This document shows positions 17,850-27,183 of a stretch of DNA of 32,000 nt, piece by piece (position 1 is the first letter of the stretch; every line of letters starts with the position of its first letter). Source of the DNA: Allocoleopsis franciscana PCC 7113 (GTDB lineage Bacteria; Cyanobacteriota; Cyanobacteriia; Cyanobacteriales; Coleofasciculaceae); the NCBI RefSeq assembly GCF_000317515.1, contig NC_019738.1:2471224-2503223 (forward strand), in the 5' to 3' direction. Both the position numbers and the translations under genes were made by a program. The notes under the pieces were generated by a model. That model saw only the letters and a list, made by a program, of their open reading frames with translations. It was not told the origin of the DNA and ran no database searches.

Positions 17850-18383
17850 TTAGCGCCGATTACCCTGCCATTCCTCTGCGGTAAGGCGGTAAAACACATG
17901 GGGTAAGTCAGCACGAACAAAATCGCGCTCGTACTTAAATCCCATCTTCTGCATCACCCGTTGCGATGCATAATTAGTCGTCATTGTAAAGCAAACTACA
18001 TCGACCAATCCCAGTTGCTCAAAACCAACTTGCAAACTTGCCTGTGCCATTTCCGTGGCTAACCCTTTGCCCCAATATTCGGACATCAGCGCGTAAGCCA
18101 ACTCTACTTCATCATGACCGCATACATGAGTCTTTCGTAGCCCACCCCGCCCCACAAATCGCCCATCGAGTTTGTCTCGAAACGCCCAAAGCCCAAACCC
18201 ATATCGATGCCAATGCTCTAGTTCCTGATCAAGCATTCGCTGAGTTTCATCGTCAGAACGAATACCCGCAAGCGTCGCCATCACGGTAGCATCCTGATGC
18301 ATTCGGCACAGGTTGCCGTAATCTTCGGCGCGTAGGCAAGTGGCGATTAAGCGATCGGTGTGAAATGTCTCTATCAATTGCAT
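17850..18383 (-). CDS. GNAT family N-acetyltransferase (RimJ/RimL-like)
   Basis: 177 aa with ELAYALMSEYWGKGLATEMA (motif A) and NYASQRVMQKMGF, typical of the Acetyltransf_3 type. Confidence 0.8.
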   Translation of the reverse strand: MQLIETFHTDRLIATCLRAEDYGNLCRMHQDATVMATLAGIRSDDETQRMLDQELEHWHRYGFGLWAFRDKLDGRFVGRGGLRKTHVCGHDEVELAYALMSEYWGKGLATEMAQASLQVGFEQLGLVDVVCFTMTTNYASQRVMQKMGFKYERDFVRADLPHVFYRLTAEEWQGNRR

Positions 18384-18541
18384 AGGATTACATTAGATTC
18401 GTGTGTGCAAGGCTCCTCTTAGGACGGCAATACCCCGTTAGGAAGGCGGGAACACCGATCCTGCGGTAGCTGTGTAACTTTTTACAATGGCGTTAGCTAA
18501 AGAAATTATCTATCTATTGAAGAGTAACCAGACAATTCATC

Positions 18542-21169
18542 ATGCAACCCACTAATCCTAACCAATTTACAGAAAAAGCCTGGGAAGCCATAGCACGTAC
18601 CCCAGATATTGCCAAAGCCGCTCAACAACAACAACTCGAAAGCGAACATTTGCTCAAAGCGCTGTTGGAGCAAGATGGACTTGCCAATAGCATTTTTAAT
18701 AAACTTGAAGTACCTGTGCAGCGAGTGCGCGAGGCAACGGAAAGCTTTAGCCAGCGACAGCCTAAGGTTTCTGGCAGTAGTGGCTCAGTCTATCTCGGAC
18801 GCAGCCTGGATGCTCTGTTAGATCGAGCAGAATCTTATCGCAAAGACTACAAAGATGAGTTCATCTCGATCGAGCATCTGATCTTGGCGTATCTTAAAGA
18901 CGATCGCTTTGGTAAGAGCTTATTCCAAGAATTTAAACTAGATGAGAAAAAGCTCAAGAACGCGATTGACCAAATTCGAGGGAATCAGAAAGTGACCGAC
19001 CAAAACCCAGAAGGCAAATACGAAGCACTGGAAAAATATGGACGCGATTTAACTCAAGCGGCTCGTGAAGGGAAACTCGACCCGGTGATTGGGCGGGATG
19101 ATGAGATTCGCCGCACCATACAGATTCTCTCACGTCGCACCAAAAATAATCCAGTGCTGATTGGGGAACCTGGAGTCGGTAAAACTGCGATCGCAGAAGG
19201 GTTGGCGCAGCGGATTGTTGCTGGTGATGTGCCCGAATCTCTCAAAGACCGCAAATTAATTGCGCTGGATATGGGTGCACTCATTGCCGGTGCTAAGTTC
19301 CGGGGCGAATTTGAAGAACGTCTGAAAGCCGTACTCAAAGAAGTCACTGACTCTCGCGGTCAACTTATCCTATTTATAGATGAAATTCACACCGTTGTTG
19401 GTGCGGGTGCGACTCAAGGCGCGATGGATGCAGGCAACTTGCTCAAACCCATGTTGGCGCGTGGTGAGTTGCGGTGTATCGGTGCCACTACCCTGGATGA
19501 GTACCGCAAGTACATTGAGAAAGATGCAGCATTGGAACGTCGATTCCAGCAGGTTTATGTGGATCAACCCAGTGTAGAAGATACGATCTCGATTCTGCGG
19601 GGACTCAAAGAGCGTTATGAACTGCACCACGGGGTGAAGATTTCGGATAGTTCACTTGTTGCCGCCGCCACGCTATCCACTCGATATATTAGCGATCGCT
19701 TCCTCCCCGATAAAGCGATTGACTTAGTGGATGAAGCGGCTGCACGGCTGAAAATGGAGATTACCTCCAAGCCAGAAGAACTCGATGAAATTAACCGCAA
19801 AATCCTCCAGTTGGAGATGGAACGGTTGTCGCTGCAAAAAGAAAGCGATCGCGCCTCCGTTGAACGCCTGGAACGACTGGAAAAAGAACTCGCCAACCTC
19901 AAAGAAGAGCAACGCACTTTAAATGCTCAGTGGCAGTCCGAAAAAGACGTACTCAACCACATTCAGAGTATTAAAGAAGAGATTGACCGAGTCAATGTGG
20001 AAATCAGCCAAGCCGAGCGTGATTACGACCTGAACAAGGCGGCTGAGTTAAAATATGGCAAATTATCCCAGTTGCAAAAATCGCTGCAAGAGGCAGAAAC
20101 CCAACTCGCGGCGACCCAAACCAGTGGCAAATCCCTGCTGCGGGAGGAAGTCACAGAATCCGACATTGCCGAAATTATCTCCAAGTGGACGGGCATTCCC
20201 ATCAGCAAGCTGGTGGAATCGGAGAAAGAAAAGTTACTCCACCTCGAAGATGAACTGCACCAGCGGGTTGTGGGACAGGATGAAGCGGTTACAGCCGTTG
20301 CCGATGCGATTCAGCGATCGCGTGCGGGTTTATCTGACCCCAATCGTCCTACCGCTAGCTTTATCTTCCTTGGCCCCACGGGTGTTGGCAAGACGGAACT
20401 GGCAAAAGCGCTAGCCTCTTACCTGTTCGATACGGAAGATGCTTTAGTGCGGATTGATATGTCCGAATATATGGAAAAGCACGCCGTCTCCCGCCTGATT
20501 GGTGCACCTCCGGGATATGTGGGTTACGAAGAAGGGGGTCAGTTGACCGAATCGATCCGTCGTCGTCCCTATGCGGTGATTCTGTTCGACGAAATCGAGA
20601 AAGCGCATCCCGATGTGTTCAACGTGATGCTGCAAATCCTGGATGATGGTCGCGTTACGGATGCTCAAGGTCACACGGTAGACTTCAAGAATACTGTGAT
20701 TATCATGACCAGCAATGTCGGTTCGCAGTACATTCTAGACCTTGCCACCGAGGACAGTCAGTACGATGAAATGCGGAGTCGGGTAATGGAGGCGATGCGA
20801 TCGAGTTTCCGTCCAGAGTTCCTCAACCGAATTGATGAGATTATTATCTTCCACTCCTTGCAGAAACATCAATTGCGCCATATTGTTCAACTACAAGTTA
20901 AGCGTTTAGAACAACGCCTAGCGGATCGCAAGATGTCTCTGAAGTTGTCGGAAAGTGCTCTCGACTTCTTGGCAGAAGTGGGTTATGACCCCGTTTTCGG
21001 TGCTCGTCCTCTGAAACGAGCGATTCAGCGGGAATTAGAAACGCAAATTGCTAAGGCGATTTTGCGAGGTGAGTTTAATGATGGGGACACCATCTTTGTG
21101 GATGTGGAAAATGAACGGTTAGCGTTTAAGCGCTTGCCTGCTGAGTTGTTAACAGCTCAATCCACCTAA
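18542..21169 (+). CDS. clpB: ATP-dependent chaperone/disaggregase ClpB
   Basis: 875 aa with two AAA+ modules (Walker A GEPGVGKT and GPTGVGKT), a long coiled-coil middle domain between them, and the Clp N-domain. Confidence 0.95.
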   Translation: MQPTNPNQFTEKAWEAIARTPDIAKAAQQQQLESEHLLKALLEQDGLANSIFNKLEVPVQRVREATESFSQRQPKVSGSSGSVYLGRSLDALLDRAESYRKDYKDEFISIEHLILAYLKDDRFGKSLFQEFKLDEKKLKNAIDQIRGNQKVTDQNPEGKYEALEKYGRDLTQAAREGKLDPVIGRDDEIRRTIQILSRRTKNNPVLIGEPGVGKTAIAEGLAQRIVAGDVPESLKDRKLIALDMGALIAGAKFRGEFEERLKAVLKEVTDSRGQLILFIDEIHTVVGAGATQGAMDAGNLLKPMLARGELRCIGATTLDEYRKYIEKDAALERRFQQVYVDQPSVEDTISILRGLKERYELHHGVKISDSSLVAAATLSTRYISDRFLPDKAIDLVDEAAARLKMEITSKPEELDEINRKILQLEMERLSLQKESDRASVERLERLEKELANLKEEQRTLNAQWQSEKDVLNHIQSIKEEIDRVNVEISQAERDYDLNKAAELKYGKLSQLQKSLQEAETQLAATQTSGKSLLREEVTESDIAEIISKWTGIPISKLVESEKEKLLHLEDELHQRVVGQDEAVTAVADAIQRSRAGLSDPNRPTASFIFLGPTGVGKTELAKALASYLFDTEDALVRIDMSEYMEKHAVSRLIGAPPGYVGYEEGGQLTESIRRRPYAVILFDEIEKAHPDVFNVMLQILDDGRVTDAQGHTVDFKNTVIIMTSNVGSQYILDLATEDSQYDEMRSRVMEAMRSSFRPEFLNRIDEIIIFHSLQKHQLRHIVQLQVKRLEQRLADRKMSLKLSESALDFLAEVGYDPVFGARPLKRAIQRELETQIAKAILRGEFNDGDTIFVDVENERLAFKRLPAELLTAQST

Positions 21170-21193
21170 TCTTAATTCTTGATAGTAATCTGA

Positions 21194-21227
21194 GACAGGT
21201 TGCGCTGCGGCGTAGCCTGTTTTTTTT
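21194..21227 (+). terminator. rho-independent terminator of clpB
   Basis: ACAGGTTGCGC-TGCG-GCGTAGCCTGT forms a stem of about 11 bp including G-U pairs. It is followed by a run of 8 T (21220-21227) and begins 25 nt after the clpB stop. Confidence 0.75.
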
Positions 21228-21292
21228 GATTCTCAACTCAGAAAATGTGATGGTTTTAATCAACTAAGAACGTTTTTCACCCTATAATTTGA

Positions 21293-21796
21293 ATGTTAAT
21301 TAGCTTATTAATGAGTTTATTGCTGTTAGTCCACGGATTGCTAATTGCCTTACTCGACATAATTGATTATAGGCAGATAAAACGTGACAATAAATTTTTA
21401 ATTGTAGAACTGATAGGTGGCGGTCTCCTAGTTTTGGCTTGGTTGCTGATCGTTGCTTATGTACGCTTCGACTTGCCATCGATTGTGTCATTACTCGGTG
21501 GGTTTTGGCTGGCGGTGAGCGCTACTCTTGTACTAAGTCTCGTGGCTATTGTCAAGGCAATCCAGGCATTTAAAAACAAACATAACTGGGTTGTGAGTAC
21601 AGTTGGGGTATTACTGAATCTCCTAGCCCTGATTATTTACTTAATCTTCGCACTTTGGTTCTCCTGGTTGGTCTTGATGATGCTGCTAGTGCAGCGCGGC
21701 GAAAATATCCACCCGTCCAAAAAGGTTAAAAAGCTTACTGTACAAACGTTCTTCCCTTTTGCCTCCTGCCTTATCTCTTATGCCTTCTTGCACTAG
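21293..21796 (+). CDS. hypothetical multi-pass membrane protein (167 aa)
   Basis: ORF with 4-5 hydrophobic segments and AT-rich codon usage. No family was recognised. Confidence 0.5.
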   Translation: MLISLLMSLLLLVHGLLIALLDIIDYRQIKRDNKFLIVELIGGGLLVLAWLLIVAYVRFDLPSIVSLLGGFWLAVSATLVLSLVAIVKAIQAFKNKHNWVVSTVGVLLNLLALIIYLIFALWFSWLVLMMLLVQRGENIHPSKKVKKLTVQTFFPFASCLISYAFLH

Positions 21797-21863
21797 GTGG
21801 TTCATATCGATAAGAGCCTGTTTCAAAAGCGGCTTTGTTTCTAAGATAATAGAGGCGAGTCGG

Positions 21864-22502
21864 TTAACCCTTGACTTCACCGCCACAGGTGCCAAACGAG
21901 TCCCATTGAAACACCGCTAACAGGATGCTACTACCCCCCATGATGATGCCCGTGGCGAGAAACTGCATTGCCCCAACATAGGGTAAAATCCCTATAGCCA
22001 CCAGGTGTACTAATCCTGTGATGATTAATGTGCGCGATCGCATCCCTAATCCAGTCCCTAGGTAACCCAGCGCCACCAATCCTAACCATAGTGGACACAG
22101 ATTCATTAATACTTCTCCCCAATCCAGGAAAATACTCAAGTCTGTCAGCGCCACTCCCAGCAACATCAAACCTACCCAACTATCCAGAACCCAGCCTAAG
22201 CCATCTTTTCTCAACCAAGAGGGTGTCAAAACCACCATAGCAACCGACCCGATCAGGGAGAGGATTGACCACCAAATGGCTTGAGTCATCCAATTAATTG
22301 GGCAAAATTGCGCCGTTCCAAAAATTCCCAGCGAGATTACGCCCCAGATTAAGCAGACTTGATCGAGTGCTGTATAAAACGTCGAAACGAGTATAATACT
22401 TCCGAATTGCCAGTGACAGCGCCAAAGTCCTGGACTATCGGGTAGGGTGACGACATTAGGCTTTTGGCATAAAAGTGGTGCGTTGGGATTGAAAAACGTC
22501 AT
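21864..22502 (-). CDS. hypothetical multi-pass membrane protein (212 aa)
   Basis: ORF with about 6 hydrophobic, W/G/L-rich segments. No family was recognised. Confidence 0.6.
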   Translation of the reverse strand: MTFFNPNAPLLCQKPNVVTLPDSPGLWRCHWQFGSIILVSTFYTALDQVCLIWGVISLGIFGTAQFCPINWMTQAIWWSILSLIGSVAMVVLTPSWLRKDGLGWVLDSWVGLMLLGVALTDLSIFLDWGEVLMNLCPLWLGLVALGYLGTGLGMRSRTLIITGLVHLVAIGILPYVGAMQFLATGIIMGGSSILLAVFQWDSFGTCGGEVKG

Positions 22503-23082
22503 AGCTGTGTTACTGAAAATTTAAATAAATGAACTGTGTTAATAGTTTGTTTTAATGTTTTGTCCAAAATCAGACGAAACTTACAAACTAATCGTCTTTC
22601 AGCAGCACCTTACTGGAACTCTATCGACAGAAATGATTCAAACTTTTCAAAACTCTGCCTGTGGAGATAATCTTTAACAAAACTTCAAAAAGGAAACTCT
22701 TGTTGTTCTCAAGAACGAATACAAAAATAGGCCACGTCTGCTGAATAACGACGTTGCATTAAGATGAGATCTTGCAAGACTTGAAGCGCTTCAATTCATT
22801 TCTTGCATCGTAAGTATTGATTTTTAGGAATAGAGAATTATACGAACTATCTCAGTATTTGTCACCTAGCGTCCGCTAGATTTTTGACGGAATATAGGTA
22901 TAGCTAACCTTTGGCTCCAACGCTGGCTACATGATCTAGGGTTGTACTCCCCCAAAAGTTATATACCCTATTTTTGGGTACCTACTTGTACCAGGGATTG
23001 TATGACTGAGATGATGGCAAGAACAGTTAAGAACCCATTGAATCAACCAAATCAATAATCCTAGTTTTCAAGAGGTCGCAGG

Positions 23083-24276
23083 ATGTCAAAAGGGTTATGG
23101 GAACCACCTCGGTTACGTGTCAGTGCAGACAACGAAGAGGAACGACGCGCTACTTGGTTGGAACTATTTTTTGACCTAATTTTTGTGGTAGCCATCGCCG
23201 AATTAGCCCACTATCTGGATGGTCATGTTGGGTTATCCGGCTTTTTGGGTTTTATTGCCCTCTTTGTACCCACTTGGTGGTGTTGGCTTGGCTCTACCTT
23301 TTACGCCACTCGCTTCGACACCGATGATTTAGGACATCGCCTGCTCACCTTACTCCAGGTGGCACTCGTTGCTGCCTTAGCGGTGAATGTGCATCATGGA
23401 TTGGGCGAGTCTTCTACTGGCTTTGCCCTCTCCTATGCCGCCTTTCGTTTCTTGTTGATTCTCCAGTATCTGAGTGCAGGATATTTTGTTCGCGCTGCCC
23501 GTCCGCTAACCAACTGGTACATCCGGGGGTTTGCAATCAGTGCATTTTTGTGGGTTTTGTCCATCTGGGTACCCCTGCCTTGGCGTTTCGGACTATGGGT
23601 TATTGGGTTAATTGTAGACTTTGCTACCCCCTTAACTGCTGGTCGCTTGATGACTCAATTCCCGCCGAGTCTTTCTCACATACCCGAACGGCTAGGACTC
23701 TTTACCATTATCGTTCTGGGCGAATCAGTCGTCGCTGTCGTTAAAGGGGTTGCACAAAAAGAATGGGATATTTCATCAGTGGCGGCGGCATTGCTGGGAC
23801 TGAGCATCGCCTTCAGCTTCTGGTGGATTTACTTCGATAGTGTGGATGGTTCCCCTCTCAAGTCAGTAAAAGCGGGTAAGATACGTATCGCGATGACCTG
23901 GTTATATGCTCATCTTCCCTTAGCCATTGGCTTGGCAGCAACCGGTGTAGGAGTCGATCAGATGATCGCGAGTCAATCCGGTGTTCTATCCATTGAAGCA
24001 CGGTGGCTGTTTTGTGGTGCTGTGGCACTTTGCTTGAGTGTACTGGCACTCATCCATCTAATTACTTGTACGTTGGGGACAACCAGACGGCGCAAAATCC
24101 TGAGTGCCTATCGTCTGGGAGCTGCCCTATTTGTTTTAATGCTCGCGGCGGCTGGTAGTGGGTTGTCCTCTCTCGTTTTGGTGGCACTAGTAGCCTTTGC
24201 CTGCGTACTCCAAGTTGTTTTGAATCTGGTATTAACTCGTAAAGCTAAAACCATTACGGAGGAGGTTGGGGGTTAG
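23083..24276 (+). CDS. ltrA: low temperature requirement protein A (LtrA) family membrane protein
   Basis: The N-terminal signature RRATWLELFFDLIFVVAIAELA is followed by about 10 TM segments. The size (397 aa) is typical. Confidence 0.8.
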   Translation: MSKGLWEPPRLRVSADNEEERRATWLELFFDLIFVVAIAELAHYLDGHVGLSGFLGFIALFVPTWWCWLGSTFYATRFDTDDLGHRLLTLLQVALVAALAVNVHHGLGESSTGFALSYAAFRFLLILQYLSAGYFVRAARPLTNWYIRGFAISAFLWVLSIWVPLPWRFGLWVIGLIVDFATPLTAGRLMTQFPPSLSHIPERLGLFTIIVLGESVVAVVKGVAQKEWDISSVAAALLGLSIAFSFWWIYFDSVDGSPLKSVKAGKIRIAMTWLYAHLPLAIGLAATGVGVDQMIASQSGVLSIEARWLFCGAVALCLSVLALIHLITCTLGTTRRRKILSAYRLGAALFVLMLAAAGSGLSSLVLVALVAFACVLQVVLNLVLTRKAKTITEEVGG

Positions 24277-24418
24277 TTCTGGGAAGGTGTAACAATTGAA
24301 ATGAGAGCAAAACCTTGGTTTTTTGGTTTTTAACCACACTATTGTAGAGGGATTTAAGAGAAAATTAGAGCCGCAACCCTAGTTAATCGATTAACCTCCT
24401 AGCTGGAGCATACAAACT

Positions 24419-25249
24419 ATGGAGTCCATTCTGTCCATCCTGGCCCCAATGATATTAGTCGTCATTGGCTACAGTATTGGTTCGACAAAAATTATCACCC
24501 AGGGCAACCAAGCCTTGGTAGAACGCTTAGGTAAGTTTCATAAAAAACTAGAACCCGGTCTTAACTACATCATTCCTTTTATTGACCGAGTTGCTGTAGA
24601 GGATACAATTCGTGAGCAGGTTCTAGACATTCCAGCCCAGCAGGCTATCACCAAGGACAACATTTCTGTAGAGGTAGACGCAGTTGTCTTCTGGAAAGTC
24701 CAAGATTTGATGAAAGCCTATTACAACGTTGAAGATGTGGAGAGGGCGATTGAAGAGTTGGTGACAACAACGCTGCGCTCCACCATTGGGGAACTAGAAC
24801 TCGACCAGACTTATTCCTCTAGAAGAGATATCAATCAGAATCTCCTAGAGCAACTCAATGAAGCGGCTACCGACTGGGGCGTAAAAGTAATCCGCGTCGA
24901 GGTGCAAGAGCTGAAACCACCAGCCGATGTTTTAGAGTCCTTAGCCAAGGCACGAGCGGCTGAAACTCAAAAGCAAGCCGAGATTTTCAAAGCGCAAGGG
25001 ACGGTGGAGTCGATTGAGATGCTCTCAAGAGCGCTGTTAGAGCAACCCAATAGCAAAGCCGTATTGCAATACCTAATTGCTCAACGCTATGTAGACGCCA
25101 ATCAGAAATTGGGTGAAAGCCCCAACTCTAAGGTTGTGTTCATGGACCCGAAAGCCTTATCAGAAGCCATCACCGACTTGATTGGAGCGGGTGATTCCCC
25201 CATTGATGGTTTTGCGAATGGTTCTTCGATTCGACCCCACGATCAATAA
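24419..25249 (+). CDS. SPFH/band-7 (stomatin/prohibitin-like) membrane protein
   Basis: N-terminal TM helix, then the SPFH core ITKDNISVEVDAVVFWKVQD...TTLRSTIGELELDQTYSSRRDIN and a coiled A/E/K-rich segment. Confidence 0.85.
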   Translation: MESILSILAPMILVVIGYSIGSTKIITQGNQALVERLGKFHKKLEPGLNYIIPFIDRVAVEDTIREQVLDIPAQQAITKDNISVEVDAVVFWKVQDLMKAYYNVEDVERAIEELVTTTLRSTIGELELDQTYSSRRDINQNLLEQLNEAATDWGVKVIRVEVQELKPPADVLESLAKARAAETQKQAEIFKAQGTVESIEMLSRALLEQPNSKAVLQYLIAQRYVDANQKLGESPNSKVVFMDPKALSEAITDLIGAGDSPIDGFANGSSIRPHDQ

Positions 25250-25321
25250 AAAGCATGAAACAAAGTATGAAGGATGAAGTGTATAGATTTTCCATCCTTG
25301 CTTCTTCATCCTTGATGCTTT
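25250..25321. terminator. nested hairpin filling the gap between convergent SPFH and folP genes (possible bidirectional terminator)
   Basis: The outer stem is AAAGCAT (25250-25256) with ATGCTTT (25315-25321). The inner stem is AAGGATGAAG (25270-25279) with CTTCATCCTT (25304-25313). The structure abuts the SPFH stop and overlaps the folP stop codon by 2 nt. Confidence 0.45.
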
Positions 25322-26150
25322 ATTTGCGCCAGATCGCATCGGCAACACGGCAGACATCACGCATTTCGAGAACATCATGAACTCTGAGGATGTCTGCTGT
25401 ACCCGCGATCGCTCCACAGCAAGCCGCCGCTGTTCCCCAAACTCTGCCTTTGGGGTCTGGTTGGTTGATGAGGCGACCAATGAAACTTTTACGAGAGACT
25501 CCAACTAAAATCGGCACCCCTAAAGCACGAAACGCTGGCAGTTGCCGCAAGATTTCCAAGTTTTGCTCCAGGGTTTTGGCAAAACCGATGCCTGGGTCAA
25601 TGATTAGGCGCGATCGCTCAATTCCCGCACGTTCAGCCGCCGCGAGTTGACCTTCGAGAAACCCATAGATGTCTCCGATTAAATCTTGATAATCAGTTAA
25701 TTGCTGCATCGTTTGGGGAGTTCCCCGAATATGCATTAACACAATAGGAACACCCAATTGGGCAACTGTGGACAACATATCCGGGTCAAACGTACCACCA
25801 GAGATGTCATTTACCATGTCGGCACCCGCTTCAACGGCTCGTTGAGCGACAACCGCCCGTGTGGTATCTACTGAAATCGGCACTGACAACTGTGAACGCA
25901 CCGACTGCACCACCGACAGCACCCGATGGAGTTCTTCCTCAACAGAAACCTGCTCTGCACCGGGTCGAGTCGATTGTCCACCAATATCGATGAGATCGGC
26001 CCCTGCCTCCACCAGACGTTGGGCTTGCGCCAAGGCGGCGACTGGGGCATAAAATTCACCCCCATCACTAAAGCTATCTGGCGTCACATTTAAGACGCCC
26101 ATGAGATAAGTACGCTCTCCCCACTGAAAAGAATGTCCCCGCAGTTCCAT
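25320..26150 (-). CDS. folP: dihydropteroate synthase
   Basis: GVLNVTPDSFSDGG, DIGGQSTRPG and DPGIGFAK motifs are present. Confidence 0.92.
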   Translation of the reverse strand: MELRGHSFQWGERTYLMGVLNVTPDSFSDGGEFYAPVAALAQAQRLVEAGADLIDIGGQSTRPGAEQVSVEEELHRVLSVVQSVRSQLSVPISVDTTRAVVAQRAVEAGADMVNDISGGTFDPDMLSTVAQLGVPIVLMHIRGTPQTMQQLTDYQDLIGDIYGFLEGQLAAAERAGIERSRLIIDPGIGFAKTLEQNLEILRQLPAFRALGVPILVGVSRKSFIGRLINQPDPKGRVWGTAAACCGAIAGTADILRVHDVLEMRDVCRVADAIWRK

Positions 26151-26205
26151 TTTGGATTTTAGATTTTGGATTGAGCCATCCTGAAATCTTTGTCCTCCTA
26201 GCCCC

Positions 26206-26931
26206 CTACTGATAATTTACAATTCTCGCAAAGCTCGCCGGCTCTAAGCTCGCTCCCCCCACCAGAACACCATCAATCTCTGGTTGAGCCATAATTGCAT
26301 CTATGTTGTTGGGTTTAACGGAGCCGCCATATTGAATCGGGACATCAGAAACCTTGAGCTGACTCCGAATCAAACCAATCACCCGATTGGCTTCCGATTC
26401 TTCGCAGGTATCACCAGTACCAATAGCCCAGATCGGTTCGTAGGCGACAATCAGATTCTCTTGGTCAACATTCACGAGGTCTTTAGAAAGCTGATTACAA
26501 ATAATCGATTCGGTTTCTCCAGTATCCCGTTGTTGCTTGGTTTCACCCACACACAGGATTGGGGTCAAACCATGACGCTGAGCCGCCAGGAGTCGTTGAT
26601 TAACCGTTTCATCGGTTTCACCAAAATATTGACGCCGCTCACTGTGACCCACAATGACATAACGAACCCCGATTTCGGTCAGCATCAGACCGGAGATTTC
26701 TCCCGTATAGGCTCCTTCCTCCGCCCAATGAATATTCTGAGCACCCAATTGCACACGGCTATTGTGCAAACTCTTAGACATCACGTCCAAGGCTGTAAAA
26801 GGAGCACACAGAATGATGTCCCGTTGTTCCGGAGTTGGCTCCAGTTCAGACATGAATTTTTGCAAAAACTCAGAGGATTCCCTTTGAGTTTTGTACATTT
26901 TCCAGTTACCGGCAATGACAATTTTCCGCAC
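26206..26931 (-). CDS. tpiA: triose-phosphate isomerase
   Basis: AGNWKM, VGHSERR and [11 protein letters not shown] motifs are present. The start is GTG. Confidence 0.95.
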   Translation of the reverse strand: MRKIVIAGNWKMYKTQRESSEFLQKFMSELEPTPEQRDIILCAPFTALDVMSKSLHNSRVQLGAQNIHWAEEGAYTGEISGLMLTEIGVRYVIVGHSERRQYFGETDETVNQRLLAAQRHGLTPILCVGETKQQRDTGETESIICNQLSKDLVNVDQENLIVAYEPIWAIGTGDTCEESEANRVIGLIRSQLKVSDVPIQYGGSVKPNNIDAIMAQPEIDGVLVGGASLEPASFARIVNYQ

Positions 26932-27183
26932 AGCTTAACGCAACCATCTCCAAACCATAACGCACCCTTTAGTTTAAAGCTTCTCGGAGCAATTTACTAA
27001 ACCAGGTTGAAGGATGAACTCTGAAATATGAAATATGAATTTCTGATACATGTCGAACTAGCGTAGCAAGGCGCGATTTAACCTCCCACTCAGTTAAGCT
27101 CTACGGGTGGGCGACCCGACTATTGTTTATCCTTTATCCTTGATACTTTCCTTAATCCCCTTGCTCTGATGTAACCATCACAG

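Noticed and set aside
22978-22991. Second perfect GTAN8TAC (GTACCTACTTGTAC), upstream of ltrA
   Set aside because: About 8 such sites are expected by chance in 32 kb. No -10 box lies at the proper spacing, and there is no known link between LtrA and nitrogen control. It is kept only as a note inside the spacer finding.
26284-27000. 238-aa ORF on the plus strand
   Set aside because: It is fully antisense to tpiA, whose identity is unambiguous. No motifs are present and the composition is atypical.
27023-27039. GAAATAT GAAATAT GAA short tandem heptamer, reminiscent of cyanobacterial STRR repeats
   Set aside because: There are only two full copies, which is too short to call a repeat family or to assign a function.
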